NCBI GenBank assembly: GCA_965197585.1 | Contig: OZ240215.1 | Span: 2,112,001 to 2,176,000, forward strand | Source of the DNA: Dehalococcoidia bacterium | GTDB taxonomy: Bacteria > Chloroflexota > Dehalococcoidia > Plut-88900 | Length of the DNA stretch: 64,000 nucleotides | Reading direction: 5' to 3' | In this document: in pieces, positions 1 to 8,508 of the stretch | Position numbering within the stretch: position 1 is the stretch's first letter | Layout of the letters: the number at the start of each line of letters is the position of its first letter | The notes under the pieces: model-generated | What the model was told of the DNA's origin: nothing | Seen by the model: only the letters and a program-made list of their open reading frames with translations | Database searches by the model: none | Program-made: the position numbers and the translations under genes

Positions 1-1143
1 CTCCAGCAGGTAGTCGTTGTAGTTCTCGATGCCCACCCCTATGGTTATCAGCCGCAGCGGATTGTTGCTTTGCCGGTCGTCCGCCGACCGCAGGATTGCA
101 AAGGGGTCCGTCGCATCCACGTTGGCAACGCCGTCCGACATGAGGATCACGTAGTTGTAGGAGTCGGGGCGGTCATAACGCATCCGGTCGGCGATCCGAA
201 CGCCCAGGTTAAGTCCGGCCTGCACGTTGGTGCTGTTGTTGGGCCGAAGATTCCCTATGGAATTTGTGACCGCACGGTCGTCCGGCCTCCGACTCTCTAC
301 CGTGTACCGACCGATGACGTCATCCGAGAATTGGACGACGGAGATTCGGTCATTGCTCCCCAGGCTATTTCTTATCGATTCCGCCGCCGCCCGGGCTATT
401 TCCACCCGGTTCCCGTCCGACATTGACCCCGATGCATCCAGCACCAACGTAACGTTTAGGGGCCTGTTGTCATCCCTAACGTCCGGTGCCTGGAACGTTA
501 ACCGGGCCAGGTGCATCTCGCTCTGCAGCGGGTGTTCGACCAGCGCCGAGGAGATTGCAAAGCTGTTGTTGTCTCTCGGCCGCGCGTACTGGTAGTTGAA
601 TGCGTTGACCCATTCTTCCGCTCTCACCGAGTCCGGGTCGACCTGGTATCCCTCCCTAGCCCAGTTCAAAGCCAGCTGGAACGACGTCCGATCGGTGTCC
701 AGGCTGAACGTGGAGGTTCTGTCCCGAGAGGTCGCCACCAAAGGACTGCGCCGGTAGTCCTGGAATGTCGTAGCCGCGGGCACGGCGGTCGGGGCCGGAG
801 CCGCACTATCGGCTGAACGGGCCCATGCAAACGGGGTTGGTTCCGGCATAGCCGTTGCCCCTACCGAATAGGAGGAAGAGCTATTTTGACCGTAGTTGCC
901 GCTTTCGGGAATAGCGTCGTCCGCCTCTTCCATCATTGCCGTGGGCTCTGGCATCGCCATCGCCGGCACCGTAGTTGATGTAGCACTTGCTTTGTACGAA
1001 TCCGATCCGGACGTATAGGATGTACTCTCTGAACGCTCCCTCATCGCCTCGGGCGTTGCCGTCGCACCTTCTGCACAAGCGAACCCCACTATCGCCACCG
1101 CCATTGTCAAAATCAGGGCTATTGCTAAACGTCTAAACAGCAT
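1..1143 (-). CDS. von Willebrand factor A domain lipoprotein (YfbK-like), 3' end outside window
   Basis: Not in the ORF track because it runs off the edge. Manual translation from ATG 1143 (AGGAGG upstream) gives MLFRRLAIALILTMAVAIVGFAC (lipobox), a low-complexity linker, STFSLDTDRTSF, LVLDASGSM (MIDAS DxSxS), STNVQAGL and VILMSDG. Confidence 0.85.
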   Translation of the reverse strand, partial: MLFRRLAIALILTMAVAIVGFACAEGATATPEAMRERSESTSYTSGSDSYKASATSTTVPAMAMPEPTAMMEEADDAIPESGNYGQNSSSSYSVGATAMPEPTPFAWARSADSAAPAPTAVPAATTFQDYRRSPLVATSRDRTSTFSLDTDRTSFQLALNWAREGYQVDPDSVRAEEWVNAFNYQYARPRDNNSFAISSALVEHPLQSEMHLARLTFQAPDVRDDNRPLNVTLVLDASGSMSDGNRVEIARAAAESIRNSLGSNDRISVVQFSDDVIGRYTVESRRPDDRAVTNSIGNLRPNNSTNVQAGLNLGVRIADRMRYDRPDSYNYVILMSDGVANVDATDPFAILRSADDRQSNNPLRLITIGVGIENYNDYLLE

Positions 1144-1227
1144 TTCTCAGGCCTCCTTCTGATCGTGTATAGACTGTTAGACGTTTACCCCCTGTCTTTT
1201 GTTCCCTTACGCTCCCACCTCCCCATC

Positions 1228-1535
1228 CATCATTCTCGTGCCCCGACACGGCAATCCATCCCCCAGGCACGGGGCCGCTCACCCTGAGCGACGAGTCGAA
1301 GGGTCGAGCGAGGGGTGGCCCACCTTTGCCAATCCGTCGCCTGTGCCACCCCACCCACCCCCTACCCATCCCGATGCCCCGCGAGGGATCTAAAGCGCCC
1401 GCCTGCACAACACAGATGCCTATCCGGCCATCCTTGTCCCCCTTCCACCCCCTTCATTCCCGACTCCGATCGGGAATCCATCCCCATCCCCCCATTCCCA
1501 ACCCCGATCGGGCTGTAAGTGCGCCTCTGGCGTGA
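1228..1535. repeat. Cluster of REP-like palindromic units (TCATTCCC..GGGAATCCA type; CGCTCACCCTGAGC..GTCGAAGGG type; CCCCGCGAGGGATCT)
   Basis: The same units recur at ~1720, 57590, 57781, 61832-61965 and 63035-63247. Confidence 0.75.
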
Positions 1536-1570
1536 ATCCATCCCCCTCCCACTCCCCCCAAGATTGAACT

Positions 1571-1609
1571 AGAGGCCCGCACGGGTGCACAGCACCCGTG
1601 CGGGCCTCT
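1571..1609 (+). terminator. Perfect 18-bp hairpin, probable terminator
   Basis: AGAGGCCCGCACGGGTGC-aca-GCACCCGTGCGGGCCTCT followed by GTTCTTAT. Confidence 0.6.
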
Positions 1610-1791
1610 GTTCTTATCTCCCCCTCTCCCTTGAAGGCCCTAAGGGTCGAAGATGTCGTAGATGCGCCTGGGAGTGCGCCTGTCGCCTGACTTTACTTAT
1701 TCCCGGGGTGTGGGGGTTCCGCTCGCCCTGAGCAGAGTCGAAGGGTCTCAAGAGCGGAACGGGGTGGACTCCCAAGTGTGACACGAACCCC

Positions 1792-1821
1792 TTGACCCTA
1801 CCTGAACATACGTGCTATTAT
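1792..1821 (+). promoter_or_regulatory. sigma70-like promoter with extended -10 in front of the putative ncRNA
   Basis: TTGACC (1792-97), 18-bp spacer, TGc-TATTAT (1813-21). No credible CDS until 2644. Confidence 0.5.
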
Positions 1822-1827
1822 CCCCAC

Positions 1828-2500
1828 CGTTCGAACACCACCCCAACTATCTCAAGGAGGAACCAAAAACCCAGGGAAGCCCACTAGACCCACCCGAGGA
1901 CTCAACGCCTCAGCCCATCCCAACGGCCTTCGCGCAGGCCCGCGGCACAAGTGACCGGCGCCATCTCCTTTTCCCATCGGGTCCCGTGCCCCTTTCCCTG
2001 GTAGTCAGGCGATGGAAGATGCCTGGACGGCGTCATAGCGGAACGGCCATTCCCCGCCGAGACCCCGTCTCGAAGGTCGGTTAGCAGCGAGCTTACGCTT
2101 TATCAAGCTAGGGGTGGCGGACCGGCTATCCCCGTCCGAGACTCCCTCTCGGAGGTTGGCCCGCCTGCGAGCTTACGCCATATCAAGCAAGGGGCCGTTG
2201 GGCCGCTTGGACCCTCGGGTGGCCCACGCAAATAGGATATCTGAGGGGGCCACAGCCCGATCACTGGCCCCCATCATGCCTGCGGGCATTCAGAGGCGGG
2301 GTCACAGCCGGACTATCTCCCCGGAAAGTCCGCGTTTATCATCGAGCATTAGGGGTGGCAGGGCTTCCACGCCTCGGAGCAGCCCAACATCCGCCAGCAA
2401 AACGGGGCAAGGCCGACCAATCAGCGTCTTCCATCGCCGACCACCCAACAAGCCAATCAACACCCGAATCCCAACCGAATAACCCAAATCCGTAGGAGTG
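1828..2500 (+). ncRNA. Putative large structured non-coding RNA of unknown family
   Basis: Long-range complementarities 1890-99/2213-22 (10 bp), 1919-28/2193-2202 (10 bp), 2008-22/2424-38 (15 bp, one GU) and 1875-82/2361-68 (8 bp). Tandem ~78-nt repeat 2038-2115/2117-2195. Local hairpins. Overlapping ORFs do not look like proteins. Boundaries and strand are approximate. Confidence 0.5.
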
Positions 2501-2643
2501 ACCGGCCGGTCGACCTGAGCCGAGCTGCAAGTGCGCCTCTGGAGCATCGAAGGGAGTCTCAAGAGCGGAATGGGACAGGACGTCCCCGATTCAGCCGGCC
2601 AAGCCTGCTATAATCGGCCCATCCCCTCCCCCGGAGGCCCCAC

Positions 2644-3729
2644 ATGAGACCGCCATTTCAGGTCATAGACTCCGACGGCCATATCAATGAACCCGAAGAG
2701 ATCATCGCCACCTACATGCCGCCTCCCTATGACGCCTATCTCCACGCCTGGAAGGCCAATGCGGGCGGCGACGTCTACTCCAACAACACCCTGGTTCCCA
2801 AGCAGCCCGGCATGGACCCCACCATGGGCGGCGCCCTGGGCACGAACGGCCCTTCCGGATTCCCCTTTCCCTCCGACTGGCTTGCAATCATGGACAAGGC
2901 CGGTGTCGAGAAGACCTACCTCTATCCCACCGCCTTCCTTCCCTATTCCATGATGGTCGACCCCGAATACACCGTCGCCGTGACCCGTGCCTACAACTCC
3001 TTCATCCACGACCACTGGCTGCAGGTCAACGACAGGTTCGGCGCGGTCGCCGTCATGCCCCTGCTGGACGCCGAGGAGTCCGCCAAAGAGTTGCGCAGAT
3101 CGGTGACTGAGCTCGGGTTCGCCGGAGCGTTCACTCCCGCAGTCGGGTACGGGCTAATAGGCAGGAAGCAGAACCACCCCTTCTTCGCCGAGGCCCAGGA
3201 CCTCAACACCACCGTCGCCATCCACGGCGGCCACGCCACCGCCGAATACATACCCTACACACGGTTCATCCAGCGTCACGCAGTCGGGTTCCCGGTTTCC
3301 CAAATAATCCAGATGACCAGCCTCGCCCTTGAGGGCATATTCGAGCTGTTCCCCAACCTGCGGGTTGCATTCCTCGAAGCCGGGTGCACCTGGGTCCCCT
3401 ACATGCTCGACCGGCTCGACGAGGAATGGGAGCTGCGAGGCAAGGTGGAGGCCCCCAACTGCAAGCGCGCCCCCAGCGAGTACCTCCGAGGCAGCAACGT
3501 ATTCGTCCACCTTGAACCCAACGAGAAACTACTGCCCCAGACCATCGACATTCTCGGCGGCGACGCCCTGGTCTACGCCTCCGACTGGCCTCACTGGGAC
3601 AATGACTTCCCCAACAGCATCGATCACATCTGGGAGAGAGAAGACATCACTGAAGGTCAGAAGCGGGCCATCCTCAGGGACAACCCGCTCGCCATGTACG
3701 GGATCAGTGACTCGGAAGGAGGCGCTTAA
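2644..3729 (+). CDS. Amidohydrolase_2 family protein
   Basis: IDSDGH, AIHGG, FLEAGCTW and ASDWPHWD motifs; GGAGG RBS; TGcTATAAT upstream. Confidence 0.9.
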   Translation: MRPPFQVIDSDGHINEPEEIIATYMPPPYDAYLHAWKANAGGDVYSNNTLVPKQPGMDPTMGGALGTNGPSGFPFPSDWLAIMDKAGVEKTYLYPTAFLPYSMMVDPEYTVAVTRAYNSFIHDHWLQVNDRFGAVAVMPLLDAEESAKELRRSVTELGFAGAFTPAVGYGLIGRKQNHPFFAEAQDLNTTVAIHGGHATAEYIPYTRFIQRHAVGFPVSQIIQMTSLALEGIFELFPNLRVAFLEAGCTWVPYMLDRLDEEWELRGKVEAPNCKRAPSEYLRGSNVFVHLEPNEKLLPQTIDILGGDALVYASDWPHWDNDFPNSIDHIWEREDITEGQKRAILRDNPLAMYGISDSEGGA

Positions 3730-4163
3730 TGCCCCGATTCCCCTCCCTGGAATGGTTCGAGGAAGTCCGCCAGGTGTTCAACAGCGACGACGCCTTTCAG
3801 ACCGCCGGAGGCGGCTCCTGCGACGCCATCGTCGGGCTCAAGATAGGGAATGAAATCTACGTCATCGTCTTCGAGAGTTTCGAGTGTAGCTCTGTCCGTC
3901 TGGCGGAAGAGGACGATCTCTATGAGGCCGACTTCTACCTCGAAATGAACGGCGACGAGTGGCGGGAAATGATCCTGAACATCTCCGAAAATGGCTCAGC
4001 AGACCTGGACCATTCCCTTAACAGCATCGACCTCAACAAGTCCCCCGACAGCTTGGCCCACTCTCTGAACGAAGACGGCTACCGCATGGACTTCTTCTTC
4101 CGCTACAACCAGACCTTCCAGTACTTCTTCGACGCCTCCTCCCGCGTCGAGACGCAGTTCTAG
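3729..4163 (+). CDS. SCP2/sterol-carrier-like small protein
   Basis: FPSLEWF..V..VFNSD N-terminus typical of SCP2-like proteins; TAATG overlap with the upstream gene. Confidence 0.6.
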   Translation: MPRFPSLEWFEEVRQVFNSDDAFQTAGGGSCDAIVGLKIGNEIYVIVFESFECSSVRLAEEDDLYEADFYLEMNGDEWREMILNISENGSADLDHSLNSIDLNKSPDSLAHSLNEDGYRMDFFFRYNQTFQYFFDASSRVETQF

Positions 4164-4267
4164 CTCTCCCGCCAGCTATTCACCCGTTCGGCTCCGGCCT
4201 CGGAATTGTTGCCTCTCGGCTGTGGCCTCAATATACTGTGAAACACAGAAACTGTGAGGCTGCGACC

Positions 4268-4555
4268 ATGAAAAACATCACCCTATCCATTGATGAACAC
4301 ACCCATCGCCAGGCGCGTATAAGGGCTGCGGAGCTAGGCACTTCGGTGTCCGCTCTGGTCAGGGACTACCTGAAGTCTCTGGTTGCCGAGCCCCCGGAGA
4401 AAACAGCAGCGGATGTTCAGGGGTCAGAGACACCCTCGGAACATCCTGGCGGTTTAAAAGAATTGTTGGATGACTGGCAAGCGAAAGGCATAGGGCTGAA
4501 GATGTCCGAGAACCTGACCAGGGAAGAGCTTTACGACCGCAATGCGCTTCGTTGA
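4268..4555 (+). CDS. Ribbon-helix-helix antitoxin, copy 1 (no intact cognate toxin behind it)
   Basis: MKNITLSIDE..ARIRAAELGTSVSALVR..LTREELYDR; paralog of the next gene. Confidence 0.8.
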   Translation: MKNITLSIDEHTHRQARIRAAELGTSVSALVRDYLKSLVAEPPEKTAADVQGSETPSEHPGGLKELLDDWQAKGIGLKMSENLTREELYDRNALR

Positions 4556-4584
4556 TACTAAGCAGAACCTGTGAGGCTGTGACA

Positions 4585-4872
4585 ATGAAAAACATTACCG
4601 TATCCATTGATGAACACACCCATCGGCAAGCGCGTATAAGAGCTGCGGAGCTGGGTACGTCAGTGTCCGCCCTCGTCAGAAGCTACCTAAACCGCCTCGT
4701 GGCCAAACCACTGGAGGAGAAGGTGACTGAAGAGGAGTCGGAGACTCTCCTCGAGAGTCGCCGGAGGCTTTTGAGGGAAGTCATTGAGGACTTCGATGCG
4801 CGGGGCATTGGGCTCCGCATGTCTGAGAACCTTTCCCGAGATGAGCTCTACGACCGCAATGCGTTTCGTTGA
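4585..4872 (+). CDS. Ribbon-helix-helix (VapB-type) antitoxin, copy 2
   Basis: Same RHH N-terminus; overlaps the PIN toxin start. Confidence 0.85.
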   Translation: MKNITVSIDEHTHRQARIRAAELGTSVSALVRSYLNRLVAKPLEEKVTEEESETLLESRRRLLREVIEDFDARGIGLRMSENLSRDELYDRNAFR

Positions 4873-5272
4873 TACCAACGTTCTGATATATGCGGTTAGT
4901 CTTGATCCACGGGATGCCATTAAGCGCCGCCTAGCTCTCGAACTCTTAGACGAGGAGGACTTGGCCATTTCAGTGCAAGTGCTTCAAGAGTTTTATTCAC
5001 AGGCCACTCGTGTGACTCGGCCAATCCCGATTTCTCACGACGATGCTATAAAGTTTTTGCAACCTATCCTGAAATTCCAAATCCACCCCATCACCCTGGA
5101 AATCTTCCATTCCGCAATCGCAATCTCCCAACGCTTCCAACTCTCATACTGGGACGGCGCAATCCTCGCCGCCGCCCGAGCCCTCGGCTGCGACGCCGTC
5201 TACTCTGAAGATATGAGCTCGGAGCAGGACTACGACGGCCTCCGAGTCATAAACCCGTTCGCCGCCCCATAA
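4859..5272 (+). CDS. vapC: PIN-domain toxin
   Basis: MRFVDTNVLIY, QVLQEF, SYWDGAI, SED and INPF motifs. Confidence 0.9.
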   Translation: MRFVDTNVLIYAVSLDPRDAIKRRLALELLDEEDLAISVQVLQEFYSQATRVTRPIPISHDDAIKFLQPILKFQIHPITLEIFHSAIAISQRFQLSYWDGAILAAARALGCDAVYSEDMSSEQDYDGLRVINPFAAP

Positions 5273-5350
5273 CCGTCCCTTGACCCCACCCCCCACCCCA
5301 CCCTAAACTCCCCCAAAATCAAGCATCCATATCCTTCCGGAGGCACACCC

Positions 5351-6679
5351 ATGTCCACTAACGAGTCCAGAAAATACGTCATAGTCGGCGCGGGAATTCA
5401 CGGTCTCAGCACCGCGTGGCACCTGGCAATGGACCTCAAGAGCCGTGGCCAAGGCTCCGGCAGGGACATACTGGTCCTCGAAAAGAGCCATGTCGGAGCG
5501 GGGGCTACAGGCGTAGCCTGCGGCAACGTCCGAAACTTCTACATGACCGAGGCCCTGCACCCCATCCTCAAGCACAGCGTCGACGTCTGGATGCACGACC
5601 CAATCAACTTCGGGTTTCAGCAGGTGGGATACGTCTCCTGCGGCGAGGCCAACCAGACCCCCGACTTCGAGAAGATGCACAAGTCTCACAATTCGGTGGA
5701 CTACACTTCCAACCTGTACGTCGGCAAGGAGGCCCGAGACTTCCTCACGTCCATCTGGCCCGACTTCAAGACCGATGGCATAGACGTGGCCCTGGACGAA
5801 CGTCTCAGCGGTTACGTCGGCACCCGAAACGTTCTCCGCGGTCTGGTGGAGAAATGTGAGCAACACGGGGTCGAGATTCGCACGGGCGTCGAGGTCACGG
5901 GCTACGACACCCGGGCAGGTAGCGTCAAGGCAGTAACCACAAACCAGGGCGAAATCGACTGCGACGCGGTCATCTGGGCCCTCGGCGCCTGGACTCCCAA
6001 GCACTGGGCCATGCTCGGCAAGCCCTCCCACATCGACTGCTCCTACTCGGACGGCTCCATAATCAACAAGGACATGTGGACCTTCTGGAGACTCCGGGAA
6101 GGCGAGGTCTACTTCGACGAACCCTACGTAACCCCGGAGGGCAAGAATCCCCCCATCCTCCACATCGAGAAGATGAGCACCCCCGTCTACGACGAGAGCA
6201 CTGGCGAGATGCTCCGGGACTACCTGTACGTATACTTCAAGAACGCCAACGAACGGATGGAGAGCCCCGGCCTCCAGGGCGGCATCACACCCGTCAAGAT
6301 TGGCCCCGACGCCGTTGTAGACCCCTACGGCCACTCCAACGAGCTCTACCAGGCCGAGCCCGAGTTCGCCGACTACTTCTGCGCCGCAATGGGCGCCACA
6401 ATGTCCCGTTTCGAAGGCATCAGGTCGTCCTTCAAGCAACGGCCCAACGGCGGCATCGGCGCTTTCACGCCCGACAACCTGCCCGTCCTCGACTGGGTGG
6501 CCCCCAACGTCTACATGATCGAAGACAGCAACCACGGCTTCAAGATGATCGGGATAGGTAAGCTGGTATCCAAGCTCCTGATGGGTGAGGATGTCCCCGA
6601 CCTGAAACCCTTCGCCTTCAGCCGCTACGCCGAGGGCAAGACCTTCGGCAGCAACAACAGCCATTCGCCGTGGGTGTAG
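5351..6679 (+). CDS. FAD-dependent oxidoreductase, DAO/sarcosine oxidase beta-like
   Basis: GAGIHG Rossmann motif, GAGATGVACG, GAW, TPDNLPVL and NHGFK. Confidence 0.88.
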   Translation: MSTNESRKYVIVGAGIHGLSTAWHLAMDLKSRGQGSGRDILVLEKSHVGAGATGVACGNVRNFYMTEALHPILKHSVDVWMHDPINFGFQQVGYVSCGEANQTPDFEKMHKSHNSVDYTSNLYVGKEARDFLTSIWPDFKTDGIDVALDERLSGYVGTRNVLRGLVEKCEQHGVEIRTGVEVTGYDTRAGSVKAVTTNQGEIDCDAVIWALGAWTPKHWAMLGKPSHIDCSYSDGSIINKDMWTFWRLREGEVYFDEPYVTPEGKNPPILHIEKMSTPVYDESTGEMLRDYLYVYFKNANERMESPGLQGGITPVKIGPDAVVDPYGHSNELYQAEPEFADYFCAAMGATMSRFEGIRSSFKQRPNGGIGAFTPDNLPVLDWVAPNVYMIEDSNHGFKMIGIGKLVSKLLMGEDVPDLKPFAFSRYAEGKTFGSNNSHSPWV

Positions 6680-7620
6680 ACGGTCTACAGGCCCGATTGG
6701 ACTCGGGACCCGTCCTGATATTGGACGGCGCAGTCGGCACTGAGCTCGAAAAAATGGGTGTGCCCATGCACGGGCAAGTCTGGTGTGCCTCTGCGCTGGA
6801 CACCCATCCCGGCATCGTCCGCCAACTCCATGAGGACTACATCAACGCTGGCACCGACATCATAACGTCCAACTCCTACGCGTCCTCGCCTCACAATCTG
6901 GAGTCCGCGGGCCTCGGGGACCGGGCCGTAGAACTGAATGCCCTGTCCATCAAGCTGGTCAGGGATGCAATCGCCAACACCGCTCCCGGCAGGCCCATAT
7001 GGGTTGCCGGTTCCATGTCCAGCTTCGGGGTATACGCCTTCAGCCGGAGGGGACGCAGCCTTTTGCCGTTCCCCGTGCTTGAAGAGAGCTACCGACTTCA
7101 GGCCCACGCTTTGGCAGATGCCGGCGCTGACTTCCTCCTCCTCGAAATGATTCGAGAGGCGGAACACGGCTCAGCACTCCTGAGAGCGGCCCTTGAGACC
7201 GGGCTCCCGGTGTGGGTCGGGCTCAGTTGCAGCCTTACCCCTGAGGGTGAAGTCCACATGCTCTCGGAGGTTGAGCCAACTGCACCCTCAGAGCTCGACT
7301 TCCTGGAAACCCTCGACGAGGTGATGTCAGTCGGCGGTTCCCTGCTGGCCGTAATGCACAGCGATGTGCCCTGCATCAGCCCCGCGCTGAGGGCTGCGCG
7401 CTCAAGTTGGAAAGGCCCCCTCGCCGCCTACGCCAACTCCGGCACTTTCTTCGTAGTATCTGATCCGGATGTCAGGAGGATCGTTCCCCCCGATACTTAC
7501 CTGCAGCACGTGCAAGAGTGGGTAGAGTTGGGCGCTAGAGTCGTGGGAGGTTGCTGCGGTGTGGGTAGGGAGCACATCCGCCTAATCAGCGAGGCTTTCG
7601 GCAGCGCATCGGTGAAATAG
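6670..7620 (+). CDS. Homocysteine S-methyltransferase family protein (BHMT/MmuM-like)
   Basis: ILDGAVGTEL, HEDYINAG, YANSG and GGCCG. Confidence 0.88.
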   Translation: MGVDGLQARLDSGPVLILDGAVGTELEKMGVPMHGQVWCASALDTHPGIVRQLHEDYINAGTDIITSNSYASSPHNLESAGLGDRAVELNALSIKLVRDAIANTAPGRPIWVAGSMSSFGVYAFSRRGRSLLPFPVLEESYRLQAHALADAGADFLLLEMIREAEHGSALLRAALETGLPVWVGLSCSLTPEGEVHMLSEVEPTAPSELDFLETLDEVMSVGGSLLAVMHSDVPCISPALRAARSSWKGPLAAYANSGTFFVVSDPDVRRIVPPDTYLQHVQEWVELGARVVGGCCGVGREHIRLISEAFGSASVK

Positions 7621-7815
7621 TCAAAATCGCGGCGACTCCACGAAGCGCAACTCCGTGCGCCGCGGGTAGTTTTCCAGGTGAAGTGGTTGTTTGTACAATT
7701 GCTGTTCCGAATGATCTGTCATACTGATAGCAAGACAACCGTTTTATTGCGGTAGTTGTGATTCCAAGGCCTGCCCTTACCCGCTGTTAGGCAGGAATGT
7801 TTGGGGGGGTGAGCA

Positions 7816-8508
7816 ATGATAGCAAACACACTAGAACCAAAATCTTGCCCTACTTTTGACGGCATTTACGATATCCCTGAGGCGGCAAGATACCTAAAGG
7901 CCGCTACGCACGGAGACTCGATTTACCCGGTGAGTCCTGCCAAATTGATACGGTGGATTCGACGCGGGCTTGCATCTCTAGAACTTGTCGATTTGTCTGG
8001 GCTTGAGCTGCTAATTGCTTTTGAGGACTTAGTCTCCATGCGTGTCATCGCTGCACTTAGAGCTGCGAGTGTTAGCTGGCCAGAAATATACAAGACTGAG
8101 AACTGGCTGCGCGCCGAGACTCGTGTACAGCGACCATTTGCTACTGAACTAATATGGACTGGTCAAGGGCAGGTTTTCACCGAATGGACCGGCCGCTTGC
8201 TTTCCGCAAGTCGGCATGGTCAGTTAGCACTTGAATTACTGCGTAAATACCTAATCCCAGTGCATGGCCTAATCTTCGATGACTCATCCTTGGTTGCTAC
8301 TTCTTGGGAGCCCGTATCAGGTGTAATACTTGAACCTAGAGTGCAATTCGGCGCCCCGTGTATCAAAGGCACTCGCATCCCCACACGTACTATCTCCGGC
8401 ATGGTAGAGGCAGGCGACACGGTCAGATGGATCACTGCCGCATATGACCTTTCATCGAACGAGGTGCAGGCAGCTTGTGATTGGGAATCTCGAATCCGAT
8501 CCGTATAG
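7816..8508 (+). CDS. HTH + DUF433 antitoxin (VapB45-like)
   Basis: YDIPEAARYL N-terminus; C-terminal PRVQFGAPCIKGTRIP DUF433 signature; lower GC. Confidence 0.85.
   Translation: MIANTLEPKSCPTFDGIYDIPEAARYLKAATHGDSIYPVSPAKLIRWIRRGLASLELVDLSGLELLIAFEDLVSMRVIAALRAASVSWPEIYKTENWLRAETRVQRPFATELIWTGQGQVFTEWTGRLLSASRHGQLALELLRKYLIPVHGLIFDDSSLVATSWEPVSGVILEPRVQFGAPCIKGTRIPTRTISGMVEAGDTVRWITAAYDLSSNEVQAACDWESRIRSV

Noticed and set aside
1133-1535. Short ORFs over REP clusters (also 54358, 57328, 57807, 61725 and 62873)
   Set aside because: They are translations of palindromic repeats.
2038-2195. HDV-like ribozyme reading of the tandem repeat
   Set aside because: The pseudoknot-like order is suggestive, but L3 and the C-N-R-A J4/2 strand do not fit both units.
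1828-2500. Identification of the structured region as RNase P, tmRNA, SRP, SAM-I or a group II intron
   Set aside because: GGAAAGTCC (2323), TTATCAAG (2100) and GTGCGCC are only isolated fragments. The other required conserved elements (RNase P CR-V, tRNA-like ends and tag, GGAA-AGCAG loop, SAM-I core, domain V) are not visible on either strand.
1812-2562. ORFs 1812-2084, 2114-2482, 2302-2562 and 2339-2530 as proteins
   Set aside because: Pro/Arg/Ser-rich composition, no RBS-start pairing (AAGGAGG at 1854 has no start codon behind it) and no family motifs.
5303-6664. Long antisense and alternative-frame ORFs (e.g. 5303-6664, 30105-31376, 37439-38665, 39468-40508, 32335-33339, 52854-53771)
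   Set aside because: Shadow ORFs of GC-rich genes whose sense frame has clear family motifs.
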